A stretch of 64,000 bases of DNA, from the NCBI GenBank assembly GCA_027314165.1, contig DAHVCH010000001.1, forward strand, positions 108,590-172,589. The letters are read 5' to 3'. This document shows, in pieces, positions 1 through 9,230 of this stretch. The first letter of the stretch is position 1, and the number at the start of each line of letters is the position of its first letter. Below the pieces are notes generated by a model that made no database searches, was not told the origin of the DNA, and saw only the letters and a program-made list of their open reading frames with translations. Position numbers and translations under genes: made by a program. The DNA comes from Thermoplasmata archaeon (GTDB lineage: Archaea; Thermoplasmatota; Thermoplasmata; Lutacidiplasmatales; UBA184).

Positions 1-408
1 GAACCGGAACAGCCGCAGGCCCGTGTGCTCACCGGCCGTGCCCTCCTCTCCCTGGGGAAGGCGCAGGTCGCGGTCCACCAGGCCGACCTGGCCATCCGCT
101 CGGAGAAGGACAACGCGGGGGCCTGGGCGCTCAAGGGGGAGGCGCTGCTGGAGCTCCAGAAGCCTGCGGACGCCTTGGTATGCTTCGATTGGCTCTTGGA
201 GCACGGGTCGAAGGACCCCGCCGTCCACACGTTCCGGGGTGTCGCGCTGGCGGCCCTGGGCCGCGGGGAAGACGCGGTGAAGGCGTTCGACGACGCGCTC
301 AAGCGCGACCCTCACTTCCGTGAGGCCTGGCACCACAAGGGTGTCGAGCTCGAGAAGCAAGGCCACTACGAGCGTGCGGCCGAGGCCTTCACCAAGGGCT
401 TCAGCTGA
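1..408 (+). CDS. TPR-repeat protein, C-terminal part (gene starts upstream of the window)
   Basis: ORF 25..408 translates to repeated ~34-aa helical TPR-like units (ALLELQKPADALVCFDWLLE..., KRDPHFREAWHHKGVELEKQGHYERAAEAF). No start codon lies inside the window. Confidence 0.45.
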   Translation, partial: EPEQPQARVLTGRALLSLGKAQVAVHQADLAIRSEKDNAGAWALKGEALLELQKPADALVCFDWLLEHGSKDPAVHTFRGVALAALGRGEDAVKAFDDALKRDPHFREAWHHKGVELEKQGHYERAAEAFTKGFS

Positions 409-620
409 GGAACGCGCAGCGGGGGACCCCCGCGGAGCTCCCTCGGCCCATCCCCCCTCGATGCGCGGTCGCTGGCGCTCTTCAGAAGGGGCGGTCCTAG
501 GGCCGAGCCTCCCCCCGTCATCGGAGAAGGACCCCCCCCCAGGCGGTGGCCGCCTTGCGGGCCGGGGCTCCCTCGGGGTGAGAGGGAGGCTTGATGCGAC
601 ATGCCCGCTCGGTACCTCGG

Positions 621-1529
621 ATGAGCGGGTCGCTGGTGCAGCTGGTCCCGGGGTCCAGGCTCCCGCCCTGGATCCGGATGTCGCTCCCTCGCGAGCAGTA
701 CCCGCGCGTGCGGACCCTCCTTCAGGAGCAGAGGCTCTCCACCGTCTGCCGCGAGGCCCGCTGCCCGAACCTCACGGAGTGCTGGTCCGCGGGGACCGCC
801 ACGCTCATGCTCCTGGGAGACACCTGCACGCGCCGCTGCTCGTTCTGTGCGGTCACGACACGGTCCCAGGGCGGACGCTTGGACGAGACCGAACCGGACC
901 GCGTCGCCCGGGCGGTGGACGACTGGGGTCTTTCCTACGTGGTCCTGACCCAGGTCTGCCGAGACGATCTCTCGGACCAGGGCGCGGGGGCGCTCGCCCG
1001 CACGGTCCGAGCGATCCACGAGAGGCGACCGAAGGTCCGGGTCGAGGTCCTCGCCTGCGACCTCGGGGGATCGGAGGACGCCATCGGAACGGTACTGGGC
1101 TCGCAGCCCGAGGTGTTCGCGCACAACCTGGAGACCGTGCGTCGGCTATCCCCCGAGGTCCGGGACCGTCGGGCGGCCTACGACCTCTCTCTCAGGACGC
1201 TCCGGCTTGCGAAGGAGGTCGGGCCCCGCGCGCGCCTGACGAAGTCTTCGCTCATGCTCGGACTAGGTGAGGAGCGCGCCGAGGTCGTTGAGGCGATGTG
1301 GGACCTCCGCGGGACGGGGGTCGACCTCCTGACGCTCGGGCAGTATCTCCGGCCAGGAGGGGAGCGGTTCCGTCCGGTCTCCCGGTACGTTCCTCCGGAG
1401 GAATTCGAGGACCTGGCGGAGGAGGGGCGCCGCATGGGCTTCCTGGGAGTGGCGTCCGGGCCGCTGGTGCGCTCCTCCTATCGCGCCGACGAGCTTTTTG
1501 AGCGCGCGACCTCGGTCAGGGGGGACTGA
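621..1529 (+). CDS. lipA: lipoyl synthase (radical SAM)
   Basis: Carries the N-terminal auxiliary-cluster motif CREARCPNLTECW and the radical-SAM CTRRCSFCAV (Cx3Cx2C). Length and motif order match the LipA family. The ATG at 621 sits just before the conserved N-terminal region; the ORF could also start at 591. Confidence 0.85.
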   Translation: MSGSLVQLVPGSRLPPWIRMSLPREQYPRVRTLLQEQRLSTVCREARCPNLTECWSAGTATLMLLGDTCTRRCSFCAVTTRSQGGRLDETEPDRVARAVDDWGLSYVVLTQVCRDDLSDQGAGALARTVRAIHERRPKVRVEVLACDLGGSEDAIGTVLGSQPEVFAHNLETVRRLSPEVRDRRAAYDLSLRTLRLAKEVGPRARLTKSSLMLGLGEERAEVVEAMWDLRGTGVDLLTLGQYLRPGGERFRPVSRYVPPEEFEDLAEEGRRMGFLGVASGPLVRSSYRADELFERATSVRGD

Positions 1530-1531
1530 AG

Positions 1532-1918
1532 ATGGCGAAGAAGGTCCGTAAGCGCCTGGAAGAGGACCAGAAGGTCAAGGAGTTCCAGTTCCCGCACTTT
1601 GACGCCCGGGGCTTCATCCAGCACGAGCTGGAACAGTCCTACGCGACCGCGGTCTCCCTCACCTTCGCGTTGGTCCTGGCCGTGGTCTCCTGGCAGCTCA
1701 CGGCGGTGGGGCTCGCGAACTCGACGGTGGGCGTCCTGCCCTTCGCGCTCGGTTCGCTGGCCCTGGGCGCCGCGGGGGGGGTCGGGATGTCCCTGGTGAT
1801 CCGACGCTTCCGACCCAAGGCGGAGGAGTACAAGCGGGGAGACTGGGTGGGGCTCATCATGACCTACGTCTTCCTCTGGGCGGGGATCTGGGCCCTCCTC
1901 GTCAACGTCTGGGGCTGA
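1532..1918 (+). CDS. small membrane protein (3 predicted TM helices), unknown function
   Basis: 128-aa ORF with its ATG 3 nt after the lipA stop. It has hydrophobic helices (TFALVLAVVSWQLTAVGL, LIMTYVFLWAGIWALLV) and normal composition. Confidence 0.4.
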   Translation: MAKKVRKRLEEDQKVKEFQFPHFDARGFIQHELEQSYATAVSLTFALVLAVVSWQLTAVGLANSTVGVLPFALGSLALGAAGGVGMSLVIRRFRPKAEEYKRGDWVGLIMTYVFLWAGIWALLVNVWG

Positions 1919-1981
1919 GCTCGACCTGGAAGCCCGCGGCGGGCCGCCGAAGTGGACCGCGTCGCAGGCGAGATCGGGGCG

Positions 1982-3484
1982 CTAGCCCCAGTCGGCCCAG
2001 GGGAAGCCTTTCTCGAAGAGGACCCGCAAGGCCTCGGTCACCGCGGGAGAGGCCCCGGGCTCGGGAAGGAGGGAGAGCTTCCCCTGCCGGACGACGACCT
2101 CCTGCAAGTTCTTTCCGAACCCCATCTGCGGGAGCTCACGCTGCAGCAGCTCCCTCGCGTCGCGAAGCGACCGACGCACGTCGACCTGGAGCTTCCCCTC
2201 GGCCGTGAGGTACGGTCCGGCGATGCGGCTCTCGGAGGCGGAGCCCCACTTCTGCAGGAAGTTCCCCACCTCGTGGGAACCCGCCGGGGGGCCCGGGTGT
2301 CGCGCCAGGGGACCCAAGGTCCTCCGGTCGATCTCGACGAGGATCGCCGCCTCGCCGTCCGACTTCGCGGAGGCCGTGGCCAAGACCTCGAAGCCCCACC
2401 TCTCCAGGGGGCCCGCCAGGGCCCTCTCGCACTTGCGAAGCTGCGGGTAGAGGATGTCGTCGACGAGGTCGGGGGAGGGGAAGGTCAGCGCCACGACCTC
2501 GGTCCCCCGCTTCCGCGCCTCGGAGAGGAGGTCGTCGAACGACGGGACCGGGCGCTTCGGGGGGAGGAAGAACTCCCGACGGGGACGCGCCGTGTACGCC
2601 TCCACCGCCATGAGGAAGAGGGCGAGGTTCTTCTTCGAGAGCGCGGAGGCCACGTTGCGGTGGGGGTCCACCGGGTCGGGGAGCACGAGGGCGACCTCGG
2701 GGACCGTCGCGGGCTCCGGCCCCGGAGGGCAGAGACGCTGCGGTACGTGCCAGCGGGCGGCGTCGGCCATGAGCCCCCCGAAGGAGCCGTAGCGCACGAT
2801 GAGAAGCTCCACCAAGTACCCGGAAAACCCCTCGGTCCGGGTGTCCGCGCCGTAGACCCCCAGCGTCTTCAGGAGGCGTTTCAGCAATCGGACATCGTCG
2901 CGGGTCCTCTCGTTGAGCCGGGGAGAAAGGTAGGCGTGGTGGAAGGGGGTCCGGTCGACGGCGGTCTGGGGCCGGTCCGAACGCTCGACCTGGAAGCCGG
3001 GTACGGCGTCCACCGCGAACCCTTCGAAGGTCCCCCGAAGGTACGGATGCTCGGCGTACCGCTTCTCCGGGGACTGAAGGAACGTCTGCGCGAGCTCGAG
3101 CCCCAGGGAGGCGAGCCGCTCGCGAGGGAGCGAGGGGTCAAAGAGCATGAACAGGTCCATGTCGAGCCGGCCGCCCGCCGCCGGCGGCAGGTAGGTCTCT
3201 CTCGCGGCGCTTCCGGCGACCAGGGCTCGCTTGAGGGGGATCCCCCGGGAGGAGGCCTCCGCCTGGGCGCGGGCGACGATGCTCTCCCGAGCGCGCGCCA
3301 ACCTGGCGAGCTCCTCAGGGTCCGGACGCAGCCGGAGCGCGACCTCCTCTTCGAGCGGGGTCAGGGGCAGCGGCGCCTTGGGGGGGTCCCCTCCCTCGGC
3401 CGGAGGGCTCCTCGACGTCGGGGGACCTCGCGACACCCGTCGGGCATCTCCGTGCCCCCTCTTGAGCCCTCCCCCGTCCTTCAC
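1982..3484 (-). CDS. cca: archaeal class I CCA-adding tRNA nucleotidyltransferase
   Basis: The minus-strand ORF contains the Pol-beta-type NTase signature (GSAARETY...GGRLDMDLFMLFD) and C-terminal regions typical of archaeal CCA enzymes. The conserved N-terminus begins around residue 41 (LEEEVALRL...) with no canonical start codon there, so the upstream ATG at 3484 is used. The start is uncertain. Confidence 0.7.
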   Translation of the reverse strand: MKDGGGLKRGHGDARRVSRGPPTSRSPPAEGGDPPKAPLPLTPLEEEVALRLRPDPEELARLARARESIVARAQAEASSRGIPLKRALVAGSAARETYLPPAAGGRLDMDLFMLFDPSLPRERLASLGLELAQTFLQSPEKRYAEHPYLRGTFEGFAVDAVPGFQVERSDRPQTAVDRTPFHHAYLSPRLNERTRDDVRLLKRLLKTLGVYGADTRTEGFSGYLVELLIVRYGSFGGLMADAARWHVPQRLCPPGPEPATVPEVALVLPDPVDPHRNVASALSKKNLALFLMAVEAYTARPRREFFLPPKRPVPSFDDLLSEARKRGTEVVALTFPSPDLVDDILYPQLRKCERALAGPLERWGFEVLATASAKSDGEAAILVEIDRRTLGPLARHPGPPAGSHEVGNFLQKWGSASESRIAGPYLTAEGKLQVDVRRSLRDARELLQRELPQMGFGKNLQEVVVRQGKLSLLPEPGASPAVTEALRVLFEKGFPWADWG

Positions 3485-3521
3485 CGAGACATTATCCCTC
3501 GCGGGCCGGTCTATCGATGGA

Positions 3522-4604
3522 ATGGCGAGCGGTGCGACGTCCGAAGCGCCCGGGCACGCGGGCCTCCTCTACGAAGCGCTGCCCGGCGGGAAGGTGCGGT
3601 GCACCGCTTGCGCGCGCTACTGCGTGATCCCCCAGGGCTCCCACGGGTTCTGCTTCGTCCGGGCGAACCACGGGGGGAAGCTCGAGCTCCTCACCTACGG
3701 GAGGGTGGCCGCGGTCCAGGTCGACCCGGTCGAGAAGAAACCGCTCTCCCACTATCGGCCCGGCACCCGGGTCTTCGGCATCGGCACCCAGGGTTGCAAC
3801 TGGCGCTGCCAGTACTGCCAGAACTTCGAGATTAGCCAGGACCCTCGCGTGGCGGGACGCGACCTCTCCCCGGAGGAGGCCGCCGCCTGGGCGGTCCGAA
3901 AGGGGTGCCAGGGGATCACGTTCACCTACAACGAGCCTACGATCTTCATCGAGTACGCCTCCGACGTGATCGACGAGGCGCACCGTCGCGGCCTCTACGC
4001 GAACTTCGTCACGAACGGCTACATGACCCCCGAGTCCGTCGGACTTCTCCGGGGAAGGCTCGACGCGGTCTCGGTCGATTTCAAGGGCAGCGGTGAGCCC
4101 TCGTTCATGCGGAAGTACATCCAGGCGAAGGGACCGGATCCGATCTTCGAGTCCCTCGAGGGTCTCGCCAAGAACGGGACCCACGTCGAGGTCACGGACC
4201 TGATCGTCCCTCAGGTGGGGGACGACCCCGACGCGCTCCGCCGGCTGGCCTCCTGGGTCCGCGACCACCTGGGGGCGGAGACCCCGTTCCACCTGCTGCG
4301 CTGGCACCCCGATTACAAGATGAGGGACCTGCCCGAGACGCCGGTCCGGACCCTCGAGCGGCTTCACGCGGTCGCCAAGGCCGAGGGGCTGGACTACGTC
4401 TACCTGGGCAACGTCTGGGGCCACCCCCTGGAGCACACGTACTGCCCGAAGTGCGGAGCGATCGCGGTCGACCGCTACGGGTTCTACATCCGGGCTTGGA
4501 ACCTGGACGAGGAGAACCGTTGCCTGGAGTGCAAGCACCCCATCCCGATCGTCGGCACGCTTCCGAAGGGGTACGAGCCCACCCTCGTCACTCCCCTGAT
4601 GTGA
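3522..4604 (+). CDS. amrS: AmmeMemoRadiSam-system radical SAM enzyme (PFL-activase-like)
   Basis: Has the radical-SAM motif GTQGCNWRCQYCQN plus an upstream cysteine cluster (CTACARYCV...GFCFVR). The C-terminal CPKCG and CLECKHP are characteristic of this subfamily. The ATG at 3522 follows a relatively AT-rich spacer. Confidence 0.7.
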   Translation: MASGATSEAPGHAGLLYEALPGGKVRCTACARYCVIPQGSHGFCFVRANHGGKLELLTYGRVAAVQVDPVEKKPLSHYRPGTRVFGIGTQGCNWRCQYCQNFEISQDPRVAGRDLSPEEAAAWAVRKGCQGITFTYNEPTIFIEYASDVIDEAHRRGLYANFVTNGYMTPESVGLLRGRLDAVSVDFKGSGEPSFMRKYIQAKGPDPIFESLEGLAKNGTHVEVTDLIVPQVGDDPDALRRLASWVRDHLGAETPFHLLRWHPDYKMRDLPETPVRTLERLHAVAKAEGLDYVYLGNVWGHPLEHTYCPKCGAIAVDRYGFYIRAWNLDEENRCLECKHPIPIVGTLPKGYEPTLVTPLM

Positions 4605-4637
4605 CCGGACCCCTGCGAACGGGCTCTCGGGGCGGCC

Positions 4638-5744
4638 CTACTTGGTGCCCCAGACCAGGACATGGATCGGGGCGAGCTCGGAGGAGCTCACCTCGCGCAT
4701 GCCGTTCCGCCGGAGGAAGTTCATGAACTGGACCGAAGGGAGCAGCTGGTCGTCGAGGATCGCCTCGACGTACTGGACCCCGGCCATCACCTTTCCCGCC
4801 GGGGTGCGGAGCTTCTCGATCTCTCCCCACTCCGGGAACGGGAACTCGCTGATGAGGAACGTACCCTTCGGACGAAGGGCCCGGACGACCTGGCGGACCA
4901 CTTCCTCCTTGTCCTGGACCTCGTGGAGGGCGATGTTCATCAGGACGACGTCGGCCGCGGGGACCGGGTCCTTGCCCAGGATGCCGTGCGAGATGGTGAC
5001 CCGGTCGCCCAGGCCCGCCGCCGCGACGGAGGCTTTCGCCGCCTCGACGCTCCCTTCGTCGCCCTCCACCCCATGGACCTTGAGGTTCGGGAAGGCCTTC
5101 GCCAGGCGCACCAGCCCGTCCCCTCGGCCGCAGGCGAGCTCGACCAGGGTGAGCGGGGTCGGGCCGTTCAGCCGTTCGAGCAGGCCGGGGACCTGCGCGA
5201 ACCCCTTGCGCAGGAGCCGGGTGTAGAACGTGCGGGAACTGTCGGCCTGGGAGGCCGGAAGGTCCTTCGAGAACTGGTCCCACCAGGAGCGTTCCCCGTC
5301 GGCCACGTGCTGGTCCAAGAACGTCCAGGCCTCGCGCAGGGCGCCAAGGAACCGGATGGTGCCCGCGAAGTAGACCGGGCTTCCCGGCTCCAGAAGGGGG
5401 GCCTTCAGGCCCTCGGCGAGGAAGAACCGCCCTTCCTTCAATTCCACGAGCTCGGCGCTGTAGGCCGCGTTGCACCACACCGTCACGTAGAGCCGGTCCA
5501 GGTCGAGCTCCCGGGCCAGGAACTCCGCCGACAGCCCCTCCGGGTGTCGCGAGAGGCACTCGAATAGCCCGTGTCGAACCCCCAGGTCCAGGGTCCAGGT
5601 CGCAAAGAACCCGGCCGCGAAGTCTTGGAGGCGGCCGATCTGTCGGCTGGTGGCCTCCTTCTCCTGAGGGGTGGGACCACCGGAAGGGGGTGAGGAGGGT
5701 GGAGGCGCCGCGTCCGGGACTTCGGGAGCGGGTGGGGTGGTCAT
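4638..5744 (-). CDS. class I SAM-dependent O-methyltransferase family protein (N-terminal dimerisation/wHTH domain + MTase)
   Basis: Contains the SAM-binding motif LVELACGRGDGLVRLAKAFPNLKVHGVE, and the overall layout resembles COMT/hydroxyneurosporene OMT-like enzymes. The ATG at 5744 (MTTPPAPEV) is used; the longer upstream extension is low-complexity. Confidence 0.6.
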   Translation of the reverse strand: MTTPPAPEVPDAAPPPSSPPSGGPTPQEKEATSRQIGRLQDFAAGFFATWTLDLGVRHGLFECLSRHPEGLSAEFLARELDLDRLYVTVWCNAAYSAELVELKEGRFFLAEGLKAPLLEPGSPVYFAGTIRFLGALREAWTFLDQHVADGERSWWDQFSKDLPASQADSSRTFYTRLLRKGFAQVPGLLERLNGPTPLTLVELACGRGDGLVRLAKAFPNLKVHGVEGDEGSVEAAKASVAAAGLGDRVTISHGILGKDPVPAADVVLMNIALHEVQDKEEVVRQVVRALRPKGTFLISEFPFPEWGEIEKLRTPAGKVMAGVQYVEAILDDQLLPSVQFMNFLRRNGMREVSSSELAPIHVLVWGTK

Positions 5745-6096
5745 CTCGGGGCCGAGCCGAACGCCCCTATAAGGGGCGCACGAAGGGCGCCCCGGGCCAT
5801 CTGGCCCTCGGTCCTCTCCCGGGTGGGCCTCCTCTCTCCGTCTCTTTCCCCGTAGGCAGCATCCGCGGCCCTCTCGGCTCGGCGGCACGCCGTGAACTGG
5901 GAAACTTGGGACCGTTCTCCCTTCTATATCCCGGACCGACCCCGAACACCCGTCGATCCGGAGAACGCTGGCACCACGACATAGGAACGAGCTTCCCGAC
6001 CTGTCGGGGGAAGAGCCACGAGCTATCCTGTAGCATGGCGGGGGACGCCACCCGGGACCAGACTTATATTGCCGCGGCGACCATAGTCACTTCAGG

Positions 6097-6774
6097 ATGG
6101 GGCAGAAGGTCCCCGCGAGCATTTCGGGTGCTCGTAGGGTCTCCCTGAAAGGTCCGCTACCGCTCGAAAACGTGGGGCTCAAAACGAACGCCAGGTCCAG
6201 GGTTGCCGAGACCCGGGCCGAAGCCCCCCGCCCAAGCGGCAGTTCGGCGGCCGTCGACCTGCCATCGCTCTCGCGGGCGATCCGCCGGGCGGTGGGCCAT
6301 GACGGCATGCGGCGAGAGGACGCGGACGCGATCGCGGGCCATATCCTGAACTTCTTCGGGTTCAACGAACGGATCATCGACAACGTTCTGGAGCCTGACG
6401 ACCGAGACACGTTCTACATGCTCGAGGACTCCGGCATCCTCGAGACCGAGCGCGACGAGACCACGCTCTACGACGGCCGGGAGTGGCGGATCCACTACTG
6501 GATGTTCCGGAAGGACCGGATCCTCCAGCTGGCCAAGGAGGAGGCCGACGCCTCCACCGAAGAGAAGGAGAAGGTGGAGGAGGCTCCGATCGCCCCGCTC
6601 CCCCGCGTCAGCGCCCCTACCCCTCTCGTCGTCCCCTCCGCAGACTCCTCCGTCTACCACCACCTTTCCGACGAGGCGTGGGGGAAGCGGGAGGAGGAGG
6701 GCGAGGAGGCCGAGTCGCCCCAGCTCTCCCTGCCCAACTCTCGATTCACGCGCGCGCCGCTCTCCCCGGGTTAG
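6097..6774 (+). CDS. hypothetical protein with an acidic, Ser/Pro-rich C-terminal tail
   Basis: ORF 6097..6774 has a normal-composition core (AIAGHILNFFGFNERIIDNVLEPDD...WRIHYWMFRKDRILQLAKEE). A TATA-like element CTTATATT at 6063-6070 is centred about 30 nt upstream of the ATG, consistent with a leaderless archaeal transcript. Confidence 0.4.
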   Translation: MGQKVPASISGARRVSLKGPLPLENVGLKTNARSRVAETRAEAPRPSGSSAAVDLPSLSRAIRRAVGHDGMRREDADAIAGHILNFFGFNERIIDNVLEPDDRDTFYMLEDSGILETERDETTLYDGREWRIHYWMFRKDRILQLAKEEADASTEEKEKVEEAPIAPLPRVSAPTPLVVPSADSSVYHHLSDEAWGKREEEGEEAESPQLSLPNSRFTRAPLSPG

Positions 6775-6852
6775 TCCCCGGACCGCCTTCGGGCGGGCAC
6801 CCTCGGTCGGGGTCGCTCGAGCGCTCATGTACTGGACCCCCTAGCCTCCTCC

Positions 6853-7497
6853 GTGCGCAGGTTCCTCCTCCTGGTCCATCGGGTCCCCGTCGACGGGGAG
6901 TTCACCCTCAACGACCTCGCGGGAGCCGGAGGGCGCGTGGACGAGGTGGCCTCCGTGGTGGGCGCGGCGTTCCTCATCTCCAACGCGCTGCGGCGCGACA
7001 CCGAACTGACGCTGCTCTTTGCCCACCCTCCCGAACGGGCCCGCCGGATCCGGATGGTCGGGTCCCGCCTGAAGTTCCTCAATCCGGACGAGCGGTCGAC
7101 CGCGGCCCTGCTCAAGAACGCCCTCGTGCGGAGCTGGACGCGGCCGGACGTGGAGATGGAGACGACCCCCGGGATCCTGGTCGGGCCGGGTCATCCGGAA
7201 GAGGACCTGCGGACGTTCCTGGCGACCCCGTCGACGTACTGGGCCACCGAGGGGGGACGACCCCTCCGCGGTCTCGAGCTACCCGAGAGTTGCGGGTTCG
7301 TGGTCAGCGACCCCTGGGACCCCACCGAGGCCGAGAGGGCGATCCTGACCGGGTCGGGGGTGCCGCAGGTGGCGCTGGGCCCCCTCTCTTTGAGGGCTTC
7401 GCAGTGCGTGATCCTGCTCCAGAACGCCCTCGACCTTCGGGAGAGGTCGGCGCCCTTGAACCCCAGGGACGCCCCGACCGAGGCTGGAAGCCCGTAG
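6853..7497 (+). CDS. trmY: tRNA (pseudouridine54-N1)-methyltransferase (SPOUT, DUF358)
   Basis: Collinear with Methanocaldococcus TrmY: [31 protein letters not shown] matches [44 protein letters not shown] matches SPDERNIAIFIKKAL, and the C-terminal [21 protein letters not shown] matches SLSPLELHANHCITIIHNVLD. Confidence 0.85.
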   Translation: [214 protein letters not shown]

Positions 7498-7528
7498 CGC
7501 GCCGGACGAGCGCCCGCTTGCCCGCCCT

Positions 7529-8563
7529 TCAGGTGGTCAGGGCCTTGTCCAGCGTACGAGGCTCCAGCCCGCCCACCACGGCGGTGAGCCGGACCCGGTC
7601 CCAGCGCTCCGGGTGGGTCCGGAACCCGGGGGTGATCTCCGCAGGGTCGTGCAGCTCGCGTCGGAAGGCCTCCACGATCCGATGGTAGGCCCCGAACGTC
7701 AGGTCGCTTCCTCCCTCGACAAAGAGGATAGCCGGTCCCGCTCGGTCCTTCACCTCGAAATCCAGGAGGCCCTCCCGCAGCGCCTGACGGACCAGCCCGT
7801 CAGGGTCGCTGGGGTGCCCTTCCGCGAAGAGCAGGGTGGAGAGCCCTCCGCCCTCGAGCAGCCGCCGGACGTGGGCCAGGTCGATGTTCATCTCGGAGGG
7901 GTGCCGAACCATGTCGACAAGGCCGGAGACGAGGGCGCGGAGGTAGGAGTTCCGGTAGTGGAACACCTGCTTGATCGGCAGCCGGTCGAACTTGCGGAGC
8001 CGCTCGTTCGCGAAGGCCAGCAGGGCCCCCCCGTGGGCTTGGAGCTCCGACAGGGCCTTCGAGGTGTTCTCCCGGATCCTCGCGCTCGTCGCGAGCTCCG
8101 CGTGGAAGGGAAGGAAGACCACGCTGATCGGCAACGCGCCCACCTCGCGGGTCAGCGAGAGGCAGAGCGGCGCGAGCGCGCTCCCCGTCCCGCCTCCGAG
8201 GCCGGCCATGAGGAAGACGATGTCGAAGTCGCGAAGCCGCGCGAGCAGGTCCTCGCGGAACTCCCCGAGGCTGGTGAGGACCGCCTCGCGGTCCCCGCCG
8301 CTCCCCCGCCCGGAGAGCGTCGCCTGGCCCACGAGGATGCGGCGGTGGGCCCGGGCGTTCAGGAGATGGTGGCCATCGGTGTTCACGGCGAGCGTCTCGA
8401 CCCCGGGCAGCTGCTGGTCGAAGAGGTCCGTGACCGCTTCAGACCCGGCGCCGCCCAGGCCAACGACCAACGCCCGCGGCGCGCGGGCCAGCTCTCCCCA
8501 GGGATATTCTTGAGGGCCGGAAGCGGGAGGCGCTGTCGGCCGGGGGCTCGCCGTCTCTCCCAT
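7529..8563 (-). CDS. ftsZ: FtsZ-family tubulin-like GTPase (short, ~344 aa)
   Basis: Has the N-terminal GTP-binding motif VVGLGGAGSEAV, the T4-loop AVNTDGHHLLNA (FtsZ NTDAQAL-like), and the tubulin signature GLGGGTGSALAPL. It lacks a long C-terminal tail. Confidence 0.75.
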   Translation of the reverse strand: MGETASPRPTAPPASGPQEYPWGELARAPRALVVGLGGAGSEAVTDLFDQQLPGVETLAVNTDGHHLLNARAHRRILVGQATLSGRGSGGDREAVLTSLGEFREDLLARLRDFDIVFLMAGLGGGTGSALAPLCLSLTREVGALPISVVFLPFHAELATSARIRENTSKALSELQAHGGALLAFANERLRKFDRLPIKQVFHYRNSYLRALVSGLVDMVRHPSEMNIDLAHVRRLLEGGGLSTLLFAEGHPSDPDGLVRQALREGLLDFEVKDRAGPAILFVEGGSDLTFGAYHRIVEAFRRELHDPAEITPGFRTHPERWDRVRLTAVVGGLEPRTLDKALTT

Positions 8564-8612
8564 CGTCCCTCCTGGGGCTCCACCCCGCGGCGACCCTCAG
8601 CCAGGACGGAGC

Positions 8613-9023
8613 CTAGCCGCCCTCGGTCACGAGCCCATCCCCTTCTGGAGAGGTGCCTCGGTGCGAGCTGCTGCCGCCGTGCGCCGAGTGACGGCCGATC
8701 TGCTCGAGCTTGCTGCGGACGTACTCCCGCACCGCCGTGCGGATGGCGTCCTCCATGTCGACGTTGACCCCCTCGTCGGCGAGCTCTTTCAGCTGAAGGT
8801 AGTCATGGTGGGGAAGGCTCACGAGGGTCTTGCGCGCACGGGTCGTCGGCAGCTGCACCTGAATGTACTCCTCGAGCGCGGCGCGTATCGTGTCCGAGAT
8901 CGTGGGCTGGCCCAGGTTCTCCTGGATCCGCTTGAGCCCGTCCACCAGTTCTTGGGGGATGCGGACCGTCACGCGCTCCGACGTATCCGGCATGGGCGTC
9001 TGACACTCGTCCGACAGATACAT
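8613..9023 (-). CDS. tandem ribbon-helix-helix (CopG-like) domain protein, putative regulator
   Basis: Has two RHH-like segments (RVTVRIPQELVDGLKRIQENLGQPTISDTIRAALEEYI and TLVSLPHHDYLQLKELADEG...EDAIRTAVREYV). It lies immediately upstream of and co-directional with the FtsZ-like gene. Confidence 0.45.
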   Translation of the reverse strand: MYLSDECQTPMPDTSERVTVRIPQELVDGLKRIQENLGQPTISDTIRAALEEYIQVQLPTTRARKTLVSLPHHDYLQLKELADEGVNVDMEDAIRTAVREYVRSKLEQIGRHSAHGGSSSHRGTSPEGDGLVTEGG

Positions 9024-9230
9024 GCGGCCCAGGGGAGATAAGCGTATCGGAATTTCGTTCCCTGTCGGAAACGGGCCGCTCTCTTCCGCGGGAGAAGGGT
9101 CACCAAGGACGGGGAGGGCTCGCGTTCGTCCTCGGTGGCGCTCCTCTCAAGCCCCCCCCCGCCCCCCCTGCAGGTGGGCCCCCCCGCGTCCTAGGACTGC
9201 CGCTTTGACCTCAGAGAGGTGGGGTGAACT

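Noticed and set aside
320-1270. 316-aa + ORF and 252-aa - ORF (366..1124) overlapping lipA
   Set aside because: Their composition is dominated by R/P/G/A typical of off-frame translation of 70%-GC DNA, and a fully conserved LipA occupies the other frame.
1952-3835. 627-aa + ORF antisense to the cca gene
   Set aside because: It is low-complexity (R/G/P/E/L-rich) with no motifs, lying opposite a recognisable CCA-adding enzyme.
3492-4538. 348-aa - ORF antisense to the AmmeMemoRadiSam radical SAM gene
   Set aside because: GC-artefact composition; the plus-strand gene has clear radical SAM motifs.
4588-5567. 323-aa - and 301-aa + ORFs overlapping the O-methyltransferase gene
   Set aside because: Off-frame or antisense junk (G/R/P-rich), whereas the MTase frame has SAM-binding motifs.
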